DNA of 61,919 nucleotides from a virus (taxonomy: Duplodnaviria; Caudoviricetes): IMG/VR virus record IMGVR_UViG_3300048574_000485, positions 1-61,919 of that record; one strand, given 5' to 3'. The translations under genes and the position numbers were made by a program. Positions 16,250 through 24,822 of this stretch are shown piece by piece. The notes beneath the pieces were generated by a model. That model saw only the letters and a program-made list of their open reading frames with translations, ran no database searches and was not told where the DNA came from. The number at the start of each line of letters is the position of its first letter. The stretch's first letter is position 1.

Positions 16250-16984
16250 TTACCGAGCCCGCCGATTCGAGGATGACGCGTCAACCTTTTCCGCAGCGCT
16301 GTCCTTCGCGCTGATAAACTTCGCCACCTCGGCCTTGATGACCTCAAAGGCCGGAATCTGAGCAAACGGAGTCGAGCATTTGACGACCTGGGGGACGTGC
16401 CAAGAGAAGCTGCGAGCCTCGGCCAGCTTGACCTTCAAGGTAGCGGGGAGCGGGCCATGCGGCTGGCGATCCTTGTCCTCGCTAGCAGCGATATCAGCTG
16501 CAGTCAGGGGCAGGTACGGGAACAACTTCTTCGACTCCTGCCGCGCACTCTTGGTGCCGCAGTAGTACTCCAGGAACCGTCCGGTCGACCGCTCGATCAC
16601 CAAAAAGGAGGGGCCGAACATGCAGTGCGACTCGGGCTCCGACGACTGTTTAACGATCCGCCTGAACTCCTCGGATTCGGGGTTGTAGCAGGTGATGATC
16701 GCGTCCTTGTCGGACATATCGATTGCCTTCGGGCGGCGGGCAAGCGGCAAGATGTCGATGCTGTCGCCCAGGTCGATGATGTCGTCGTCACCGTCTGGAA
16801 CGCCGTAGTGACCGGGGCGGATCAGCCCCTTGTTGATCGCCTTGCCCTTCGTGTACAGCTGCAGGCGACCGAGCCAGTCGGCAGATTTGGCCAGCTCGTT
16901 GTAGATGTCATCGCTGCCCATCTGAGTGCTGGGGAGCTGCCCGAAGTCATACGCGACCAGACTGTTAGCGATGTCTTGCATCAT
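16250..16984 (-). CDS. replication-module protein, possibly ssDNA-binding
   Basis: long ORF in the replication operon; beta-rich with aromatic residues; function inferred from position only. Confidence 0.5.
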   Translation of the reverse strand: MMQDIANSLVAYDFGQLPSTQMGSDDIYNELAKSADWLGRLQLYTKGKAINKGLIRPGHYGVPDGDDDIIDLGDSIDILPLARRPKAIDMSDKDAIITCYNPESEEFRRIVKQSSEPESHCMFGPSFLVIERSTGRFLEYYCGTKSARQESKKLFPYLPLTAADIAASEDKDRQPHGPLPATLKVKLAEARSFSWHVPQVVKCSTPFAQIPAFEVIKAEVAKFISAKDSAAEKVDASSSNRRAR

Positions 16985-17036
16985 GCAAAACCTTTGCGAA
17001 AGAGGGATGAAGAATAGGCAACAAGAGAATGACGAC

Positions 17037-17936
17037 CTAAATCAGGTCATCTGCGGGCAAATCGTCGGATGCGATTTGGCGGCTCCGTTTTCTCACGGCA
17101 GCCTCTTGCTCCTGGACGCTCTGATGGTCCAGGTGCAATACCCATTTGATTGCGGCATACCAAGCATCAGTGAGGGTTTGGCTGTTCTCCACCATCATTA
17201 CCCTAGCCCCTGCGAGGCGGTCCTCCAGCTCACATTCCAGCTCCTTCAGGCCTCGCACGTGGGCCCGCGGTTGGAACGGCGCGGTGTAGAACGCCTCCAG
17301 TTTGCCTAGCCGTGCAGCCTCCATGAACTGCTTCACGACGCCAGCGGCAATCCTGCGGAATTCCGCAGCTGGTTTGATCTTGGCCAGATCCAGGTAGTCC
17401 AGCTGAAAACGCGGCGGAATCTTGGCCAGCATCACTGCATTGCCCAGACTGATGTCGCCACGGTCCATCGCCTTTTGGGCCTCATCGCGCAGTCTGAGCA
17501 GGCCGAGGATCTGCCCGACCCAGCTTGGACCCTTGTGGATCAACTGGGACAACTCGCCAAGAGTGATCTCGGGACGTGCCTTTTGGATGCGGCGAAGCTG
17601 CTTGGCCAGCTCAAGGGGAGTGGTCTCAGGACGCACAGCGTTGGCCTGCAGCTGTAGGCTCAGCACCTGGTTGTCAGAGATTCCATGCTTGACGATGCAC
17701 GGCACCTCCTGCATGCCTAGCTCGCGAGCACAGGTCCAGCGGTACATGCCGTCGATGATCTCGTACATCCCCGACACCCGTGTGGATGGCCGCACGGCAA
17801 TCGAGTTGAGGAAGCCTGCGGCTGCGAGGGAGTCCCGCAGCTCCAGGTACTCAAGCGATCCCTTATCGACCGTGCGTAGCAGAACCCACGGTTCAGTGAG
17901 CTGGTCAACGGGGATCGAGGTAACTTGATCTTCCAC
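17037..17936 (-). CDS. ParB/Srx-family protein 2
   Basis: LRDSLAAAGFLNSIAVR, EIIDGMYRW, QANAVR, HTH ELSQLIHKGPSWV. Confidence 0.85.
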   Translation of the reverse strand: MEDQVTSIPVDQLTEPWVLLRTVDKGSLEYLELRDSLAAAGFLNSIAVRPSTRVSGMYEIIDGMYRWTCARELGMQEVPCIVKHGISDNQVLSLQLQANAVRPETTPLELAKQLRRIQKARPEITLGELSQLIHKGPSWVGQILGLLRLRDEAQKAMDRGDISLGNAVMLAKIPPRFQLDYLDLAKIKPAAEFRRIAAGVVKQFMEAARLGKLEAFYTAPFQPRAHVRGLKELECELEDRLAGARVMMVENSQTLTDAWYAAIKWVLHLDHQSVQEQEAAVRKRSRQIASDDLPADDLI

Positions 17937-17980
17937 GTCACATCCTTGCAGACGAACAAACGAATCACAGGTCCGACAAA

Positions 17981-18012
17981 GATAAGTAGGAAAAAACGGG
18001 CTGTGATTCTCA
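17981..18012 (-). promoter_or_regulatory. phage-specific promoter motif, copy A (leftward replication operon)
   Basis: TGAGAAT-N15-CCTACTTATC on the minus strand. Confidence 0.65.
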
Positions 18013-18078
18013 AAAAAGTTCTGCGATTTCCAAAATTTGTGACGCTTAGCGATTGGGCCAGCAACTTTTTCATTTTTC

Positions 18079-18110
18079 TGAGAATTCCCGCCCTTTTCTT
18101 CCTACCTATC
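18079..18110 (+). promoter_or_regulatory. phage-specific promoter motif, copy B (primase operon)
   Basis: TGAGAAT-N15-CCTACCTATC. Confidence 0.65.
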
Positions 18111-18184
18111 TGTGTCGGAACGATGCGTCGTTTGTTGCTCGGCGTGCTTGCGCCGACAGCTTGTTCCCATAGGAGAGGTAGCCT

Positions 18185-20908
18185 GTGCCGACAGTCACGG
18201 AGTCCATCCAAGATTTCCTCCGCTCCCAACGGGAGCACCACCCCGGTCCCGATCTCCTGGACCGCTGGGGCCCCAACCTCGAAACCCAGATCAATGTCGC
18301 CGCCGATGATGGGGAGCCCGTGCCCGACCGGCGTAACACTTGGACCAATGGGGTCAACAAGTGGTGGAATATTCGCATTCCGAAGAACGCCAAGAGCGAT
18401 CCCGACTTCCAGGACTACGAGCTGCGATGGTCGCTGGCGAAGCACGCCGAGGGTGTCGGGTCGACCGGCTGGGACTGGATGAACCGTCGCTCGGTCTATG
18501 CAGGGTTCGACTTCGACGCGATCACGGGCCACGCGGCTGGTGTCGGCCTCTCCCCTGAACAGCTCGAGGAGGTTCGGCAGGCAGCCATGGCGTTGCCCTA
18601 CGTTGAGGTGCGCCGCAGTACGGGCGGGAAAGGGATCCACCTGTACGTCCACTTCGATGGGGAGGGGATCCCCACGGCGAACCATACCGAGCACGCAGCG
18701 CTCGCACGGTGCGTCTTGGCGATGATGTCCAGCGAGACCGGCTTCGACTTCGCCAGCCAGATCGACTGCTGCGGCAGCATCCTCTGGATCTGGCACCGTA
18801 AGCTGAATGCCGCCCACCAAGGACTGGGGCTGGTGAAGGCTGCCGCGAAGCGGCTGTCCGAGAGCGACCTCCCTGACAACTGGAAGGACCACGTCGAGGT
18901 GGTCGCTCGCCGCCGGGCCAAGATCCGTGTGCGTGCGGTGAACGATGACATCTGGGACCAGTTTGAGGCCTTGGCCAGCTCCCGCCGCACGGCTCCGCTG
19001 GATGAGAAGCACAAAGCCGTCATCGATGAGCTGACGCGGTCGGGGTACTCCACCATCTGGGTGCCTGACCACCATCTTTTGCAGTCGCACACCTGCGCCC
19101 TGCAGCAGCTCATGCAGAATGACAAGCTTCGCAGGGAGCTGGGCCTGATCGGGCTCTTCCAGACCAACTCGCCCGGCAGCGATCCTGGTACCCCCAACTG
19201 CTTCATGTTCCCGCAGCCGAGCGGGGCCTGGAGCGTGTTCCGATTCTCGCCCGGTGTCCAGGAGGCCGAGACCTGGGGGCGAAGCGACGAGGGCTGGACG
19301 CGCTGCTATTTCAATCAGGCTCCCGACCTCACGACGGCGGCCAAGGCGATGGGCGGGGCCGAGCTGGCCGACAACGGCGGCTTCATGTTCGACACTGCCC
19401 GCGAGGCCTTGCGAGTCATCGAGACCCTCGGTGAGACCATCGATCTGAAGGACAAGTTCCACTCGCGAGAGACCCACCTCAGAAAGAACAAGGACGGACG
19501 CCTGGTTGTCCGCATCAAGCAGAACCCCAACGAGGAAAAGCCCGACAAAGGCTGGTCCTCCAAGAAAGGCGGCTGGTGGGAACGCGTCTACAACATGATG
19601 GCTGAACCCCGCAGGAACAACGGTGTCGGGGCGACGGAGTTCGACAACATCGTCCGCGCCCTGGTCTCGCCAGCCGGTGAGCGGGCAGGTTGGGTCATCA
19701 GCCGGGCGACAGGGGGCTGGGATCGGGTGCCCAAGGATGACGCCAAATCCGCCCTGCTGGCCATGGGGCACGCCAAGGCGGATGCCGACGTGATTCTCGG
19801 CTGTGCGGTCCTGCGTTCCTGGAAGACCGTCCACCTGCCATTCCAGCCGGAATACCCCGGAGACCGGCAGTGGAACCTCGGGGCTGCCCAGCTGCGGTAT
19901 CCGCCCGCAGGTCTCCGCGACGACGACATACCCCACCACCCGCACTGGGACAAGATCCTGGATCACTGCTTCGGAGATCTCGACGAGGCGATTTGCAGGG
20001 AGCCGTGGGCACGGCGGGCCAACATCCGCACCGGCGCTCAGTACGGGCTCGCCTGGATCGCCTGCATGCTCAGGGAACCGTTCGAGCCGCTCCCCTACCT
20101 GTTCCTGTTTGGTCCCGAGAATTCAGGAAAGTCCATCTTGCATGAGGCGCTCGCCCTGTTGGTGACCGGCGGGGTGGTTCGGGCCGACCGGGCCTTGGCG
20201 AACCAGAATGAGTTCAACGGTGAATTGGCCAACGCAGTCCTTGCGGTGGTCGAGGAGGTCAACGTAGCCGCCTCGCCGCTGGCCCATAACCGGATCAAGG
20301 ATTGGGTCACCTCGCGAACGCTCTGGATCCGCAAGATGCGGACGGACGCGTACAGCCAGCCCAACACTCTGCACTTCATCCAGTGTGCGAACCACCAGAG
20401 CTACTGTCCCGTGCTTCCCGGGGACACCCGTATCACGGTGGTCTATGTGCCCGACCTCCTCAAGGAGCAGGAAGTCGCCAAGACCAAGATGATGGAGCAC
20501 CTGATCGAGGAAGCACCTCATTTCATGCATACCCTCATGAATCTGGAGCTGCCGCCGGTTGAAGGTCGTTTGCGTGTTCCCGTCGTGAACACCAGCGCCA
20601 AGACCAGATCCGAGGAACTCAACCGAGATCCCGTCGAGACCTACATCATGGAGTGCTGCTTCCCGGTGCCGGGCGAGAAGATCCCGTTTGCGGAGTTCTA
20701 TGACAGGTTCCTCGCTTGGCTGCCTGAGTCAGAGCACAAGAACTGGCACCGGCAGAAGGTCTCCAAGCACCTGCCGGTCAAGTACCCGGTCGGCGCTTGC
20801 ACCAACAACAAACGGTACATCGGCAACCTCTCCTGGGAGCCAAGCACCAAGGTGGGGACTCCTTACGTTGCCATCAACGGGCGGCTCCGTCAGACAGAAG
20901 ACACCTGA
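18185..20908 (+). CDS. primase-helicase (AEP-like primase + D5/SF3 helicase)
   Basis: FDFDA and STGGKGIHLY primase motifs; GPENSGKS Walker A, VVEE Walker B, GDTRI. Confidence 0.88.
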   Translation: MPTVTESIQDFLRSQREHHPGPDLLDRWGPNLETQINVAADDGEPVPDRRNTWTNGVNKWWNIRIPKNAKSDPDFQDYELRWSLAKHAEGVGSTGWDWMNRRSVYAGFDFDAITGHAAGVGLSPEQLEEVRQAAMALPYVEVRRSTGGKGIHLYVHFDGEGIPTANHTEHAALARCVLAMMSSETGFDFASQIDCCGSILWIWHRKLNAAHQGLGLVKAAAKRLSESDLPDNWKDHVEVVARRRAKIRVRAVNDDIWDQFEALASSRRTAPLDEKHKAVIDELTRSGYSTIWVPDHHLLQSHTCALQQLMQNDKLRRELGLIGLFQTNSPGSDPGTPNCFMFPQPSGAWSVFRFSPGVQEAETWGRSDEGWTRCYFNQAPDLTTAAKAMGGAELADNGGFMFDTAREALRVIETLGETIDLKDKFHSRETHLRKNKDGRLVVRIKQNPNEEKPDKGWSSKKGGWWERVYNMMAEPRRNNGVGATEFDNIVRALVSPAGERAGWVISRATGGWDRVPKDDAKSALLAMGHAKADADVILGCAVLRSWKTVHLPFQPEYPGDRQWNLGAAQLRYPPAGLRDDDIPHHPHWDKILDHCFGDLDEAICREPWARRANIRTGAQYGLAWIACMLREPFEPLPYLFLFGPENSGKSILHEALALLVTGGVVRADRALANQNEFNGELANAVLAVVEEVNVAASPLAHNRIKDWVTSRTLWIRKMRTDAYSQPNTLHFIQCANHQSYCPVLPGDTRITVVYVPDLLKEQEVAKTKMMEHLIEEAPHFMHTLMNLELPPVEGRLRVPVVNTSAKTRSEELNRDPVETYIMECCFPVPGEKIPFAEFYDRFLAWLPESEHKNWHRQKVSKHLPVKYPVGACTNNKRYIGNLSWEPSTKVGTPYVAINGRLRQTEDT

Positions 20909-20935
20909 TTATCTCCGTCGAAAACAAGGAAGTTC

Positions 20936-21613
20936 ATGACGACTCCTATCATCATCGGTCTCGGTCACTATTCTCGTACAGGCAAAGACACCTTCGCCAA
21001 TTACCTACTGCAATCGCTCTCCTGGCTCGCGCCAGACATCAAGGCCCGAAAGATCCCCTTCGCCTGGAAGCTGAAAGAGATCGCCCACGGTCTGTTCGGC
21101 TGGGCCGGGGTGCGCGAGCCGGAATTCTACGACACCCCCGAGGGGGCCGCCTATCGCGACATTGAGATTCCCGAGCTGGAGATGACACCGGTTCAGCTAT
21201 GGGTGGCGCTGGGGACGCCAGCGGTGCGTGAGAACGTCTACGACCGGACCTGGATCGACTACGTTCTCAAGACCGACCACGGTGTCGACGTGTTGATTGT
21301 TCCTGATGTGCGATTCCCCAATGAGACAATCGCAATTCATGAGGCTGGCGGCACCCTGGTCAAGATCATCAGGCCGGGCGTCGGGCCGCGGAGGACGGTC
21401 GCTGACTGGGCTTTGGTCGGCTACCAGGGTTGGGACAACGTGATCGGTGAGACGGGCTCCCTGGCAGGCCTGGAGCATTGGGCGGGGATCTATGCCCAGT
21501 GGGTTGTCCGGCGGGTGGCTGGCGAAGATCTGCCTTTGATCACTCGGCCACCCGAGGAGATCGCCGCCGCACTGAGAACCGAGGTTATCGAGCCGTGGGA
21601 GGTGGCAGCATGA
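20936..21613 (+). CDS. deoxynucleoside monophosphate kinase
   Basis: GLGHYSRTGKDT, FAWKLK, LGTPAVR, PDVRFPNE. Confidence 0.85.
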   Translation: MTTPIIIGLGHYSRTGKDTFANYLLQSLSWLAPDIKARKIPFAWKLKEIAHGLFGWAGVREPEFYDTPEGAAYRDIEIPELEMTPVQLWVALGTPAVRENVYDRTWIDYVLKTDHGVDVLIVPDVRFPNETIAIHEAGGTLVKIIRPGVGPRRTVADWALVGYQGWDNVIGETGSLAGLEHWAGIYAQWVVRRVAGEDLPLITRPPEEIAAALRTEVIEPWEVAA

Positions 21614-22230
21614 TCAAGGTCTATTCCGGCTTAGTCCACCTGAACGGCAATATGCTGGCCTCGCTTGACTTTGAGACCTCCGGTCGCCGCCCTGGCTACC
21701 ATGAGGTCATCCAGATCGCCGTGGTGCCCCTGGACTCGGATCTGAAACCGAGGACGGATGTTCGCCCCTTTTACATGAATGTCGCTCCGAACCACCCGGA
21801 GCGGGCCGACCCGCGGTCGACGGCTGTCCACAGGTTGGATATCAACGACCTGGTGCTCCACGCACCTAGTCAGGCCAAGGTGGCCGACCTCCTGGTCGAA
21901 TGGTGGGAGCGACTGGATCTGCCGGTGGGCAAGTGCTTGGTGCCCCTGGCCCATAACTGGGCCTTTGAATCGTCCTTCCTGAAGGCATGGCTGGGCGTGG
22001 ATCTGGCCGACCAGCTGTTCCACTCCCACGCTCGGGACGCCATGTCGTTGGCGCTCTCGATGAACGATCGGGCCGCATTCGCTGGCGAGCCGGCCCCGTT
22101 CAATCGGGTGGGGCTCTCCTCCCTGTGTAACAGATTCCAGGTTCACAATTCCAATCCACATGACGCGCTCTGTGACGCCCTGGCGGAAGCCGAGGTGTAC
22201 CGAGCGATGATCATGATGGACCTGTTTTGA
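21610..22230 (+). CDS. DEDDh 3'-5' exonuclease (DnaQ/RNase T-like)
   Basis: LDFETSG, AHNWAFE, HDALCDA; ATGA overlap with the kinase. Confidence 0.85.
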   Translation: MIKVYSGLVHLNGNMLASLDFETSGRRPGYHEVIQIAVVPLDSDLKPRTDVRPFYMNVAPNHPERADPRSTAVHRLDINDLVLHAPSQAKVADLLVEWWERLDLPVGKCLVPLAHNWAFESSFLKAWLGVDLADQLFHSHARDAMSLALSMNDRAAFAGEPAPFNRVGLSSLCNRFQVHNSNPHDALCDALAEAEVYRAMIMMDLF

Positions 22231-22238
22231 GGTGACCG

Positions 22239-23528
22239 ATGGGCAATTCTCCATGGACCCGCGAGAACTGGAACAGCCTCATTCGCCGCGTGAATGCGTT
22301 GTCCCAGAATCCCGACTCGGGCTGCGATCCAAAGGATCCTCTTGCCGAAGTTGGGCCGGATCACAGGTGGACCAAGGCCGACATCGAGGAAGTCCAGAAT
22401 CGACTCCAGGAGATCTGCGAGGAGAACCAATTCACCTCGCCGAACCTCTGGAAGCAGCAGATCGTCGACGAGATCAACGATGCCATCACCAAGGGATGGT
22501 GCGGTTGCGAGGACGAAGAGTGTCTCGATATGTGCCCCAACGCAGCTCCTCCCGCGGAACTCTATCTCGGGTCGTGGGCGGCTGTCTATCTCCACGTCGG
22601 CGACATCCACTATGACTGCTCGGGGCACTCCGAAGACTACGGCGATCTCTGGGAGAAGTGCAACGAAGTCGCCTCGCCCAACTATACGTCTGCGGAGGCC
22701 TCCCAGTATCAAGCGTACATCAGCGACGCAGGGAGGCAGGCCCAGGAGTGGGCCGTCTCCGCAGCCCGCGTATGCATGTACAAGGGGCAACTTCGGCGGC
22801 AGCAAGACATGCTTGCGGATGCCAAACGCGACCTCGCAGGCGCTGAGAAGCGGGTGGGGCTGTACTGCGTTCCCAATGGCAACCACGGCGAGTGCGCGGA
22901 TGCCAAGGATGCGGTCCAGTCGCTAACCCAGCAGATCGCTGATCTCGAGAAAGGAATCGCCGCGGCCCAGCAGCAGCTGGTTGAAGAGGAGAAAACCCGA
23001 GACCAAGCCGCCGAGGCTGCCGACGCAGCAGTCTCGGCCTCCTGGGCGCTCGGTGGGTCGTTTGGGCTGAACAAGCCAGAGTTGTCTATCAACTTCGTCC
23101 AGTTCTACCAATCCGTCACCGAGCCGTGGAACAAGTTCTACTCCTGCGACAATGCAAACGACGCTCCTAGCCGGTGCCGCACGTCCTTTTCCATCATGGC
23201 TTACGACGCCTATACGGGGAAATGGCACAGCGCGGCAAACGGCAGCTTCACGCCGAACGGGCTGGCCTATTCGGACAGTGTAACCAAGGGGCTGCCGTGG
23301 TGCGGCACCTATACGGAATACCATGAGGGCTGCCCTGGCTGGCCACCGTTCTACGGTCCCACGCCTCCCAGGCAATACGAGAAGTTCTGCCAGTGCTCCG
23401 GCCTAACGTGCGTCGGCTGCCAAGAGCATACTCTGCCACCGGTTGAACTCAAGTTTGTGGTCCACTACCCGGAACCCGTTAGGCCACCATGCCCGGAAAC
23501 AGATGGAAATGAAGGGAGAGGCGAATGA
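22239..23528 (+). CDS. Cys-rich protein with central coiled coil
   Basis: GAGGTG RBS; about 20 Cys; heptad-like segment. Confidence 0.7.
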   Translation: MGNSPWTRENWNSLIRRVNALSQNPDSGCDPKDPLAEVGPDHRWTKADIEEVQNRLQEICEENQFTSPNLWKQQIVDEINDAITKGWCGCEDEECLDMCPNAAPPAELYLGSWAAVYLHVGDIHYDCSGHSEDYGDLWEKCNEVASPNYTSAEASQYQAYISDAGRQAQEWAVSAARVCMYKGQLRRQQDMLADAKRDLAGAEKRVGLYCVPNGNHGECADAKDAVQSLTQQIADLEKGIAAAQQQLVEEEKTRDQAAEAADAAVSASWALGGSFGLNKPELSINFVQFYQSVTEPWNKFYSCDNANDAPSRCRTSFSIMAYDAYTGKWHSAANGSFTPNGLAYSDSVTKGLPWCGTYTEYHEGCPGWPPFYGPTPPRQYEKFCQCSGLTCVGCQEHTLPPVELKFVVHYPEPVRPPCPETDGNEGRGE

Positions 23529-24160
23529 GCATCTGCAAACACCTGCGGTTATCCAAGGTGGGCTCCAAGGTTGTCAGCCTGCACTGTGCAATCGGCCAGG
23601 GCAAAACAGCAGGGCGACTGGACGCCGTGATTTCGGCAGAGACTTGTGTGGGGTGCCCGCGACGGGAGCCACTGTCGGCAAAACCGATCCCATCCTGCGG
23701 GAAGCGTAGGGAGGGAATCTCAGACGGCCAGATCGTCTTGCTGGCCTGCCTGAATCCCGATGGCCCGAAGTATCAGACCAAGATCGAAGCCGAGGATTGC
23801 CGGCAATGCACAGTTCGCGAGGGGCTGGAGCCTCCCCGGCCATCTGAAGAGAAAGTCACGGCAACGCATATGCAGAGATCTTTTGACCGTCCCCGGATCT
23901 TCGCAGACGGAACGATTGCCTATCCGAAGCGAGGCTGGGAGCCGCCACCACCGATTGACGGCTACCACCGGAAGTCTACGAACACTCGCAGCTCGGATGC
24001 CTGGGTGTTCATCCCAGACTGGCCACCATGCAAGTGTCGGTCCATCGAGTACGTCGAAAAACCCTGCGGAGCAATCAATGTGATCGCCCACTGCAAGCGA
24101 TGGCCGACCCCGGTGCTCCACCCGTTCTGCCGGGCCTGCGACAAGCGGGAGGCCGCCTAA
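23525..24160 (+). CDS. Cys-rich repeat protein
   Basis: three C..R...C...CxxC..R modules; ATGA overlap. Confidence 0.7.
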   Translation: MSICKHLRLSKVGSKVVSLHCAIGQGKTAGRLDAVISAETCVGCPRREPLSAKPIPSCGKRREGISDGQIVLLACLNPDGPKYQTKIEAEDCRQCTVREGLEPPRPSEEKVTATHMQRSFDRPRIFADGTIAYPKRGWEPPPPIDGYHRKSTNTRSSDAWVFIPDWPPCKCRSIEYVEKPCGAINVIAHCKRWPTPVLHPFCRACDKREAA

Positions 24161-24609
24161 TGGGATGCCCTCATTGCCCAGACCATCGGCCACCTGCCGC
24201 GACGGAGCGGCCCAGCGTCCAGGGAGCACCGCTGCCTCCCGGCCAGACCGGCTATGTGGTGTACGACGGTGGACCGCCGCAGACCCCCATGGTCACGGTC
24301 CGCAATATCATCCCTCAGCGAGAGGGGATGCCCGTAGTCGACAACGAGGGAGCCATTGAGTACCCGATAGACCGTGATCCGCCGCAGCTCCTGGAAGGGT
24401 ACGAGCGGAAGTCCAGCAATCCCTGGCGGCTGGTGCCAGTTTGGAGCCCGTGCCAACTGCGTATGTACGCGGTCAGCACGCGGGAGGACTGCAACTGCGT
24501 GAATATCTCAGGAGTCTGCAACCATCCAGCGTCCGAGCACTTCACCCAGGTGGTCACGCACGCAGGCTGTCAGGCCTGCGCGGTTCGCATGCCGATCAAT
24601 GGCCGATAG
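24160..24609 (+). CDS. Cys-rich protein paralogous to the upstream gene
   Basis: TAATG overlap; shares G.I.YP...PP...GY.RKS...W...P.W.PC..R. Confidence 0.7.
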   Translation: MGCPHCPDHRPPAATERPSVQGAPLPPGQTGYVVYDGGPPQTPMVTVRNIIPQREGMPVVDNEGAIEYPIDRDPPQLLEGYERKSSNPWRLVPVWSPCQLRMYAVSTREDCNCVNISGVCNHPASEHFTQVVTHAGCQACAVRMPINGR

Positions 24610-24822
24610 GGTCGTAGGACCTGGCATGCCCAGCAGGCGGCTCCCAGACCAGCTTACGCACGTCACACGGGGACACGTCCACAATGGAGCAGCGCCCAAC
24701 GCGAACTCCGTAACGACGCAGCTCGCGGCGGCAGACATGGGTCTGCCGGTGGGTGATCGTTTCATCAGCGAGCCCAAGGCTTGTGCGATTTGTCCGAGCC
24801 AGGAGAATGCCGTTTCCATGGC

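Noticed and set aside
17717-19966. 749-aa minus-strand ORF, and similarly 44126-45631 and 47327-48451 on the plus strand
   Set aside because: Antisense shadows of GC-rich genes with biased codon usage; no motifs
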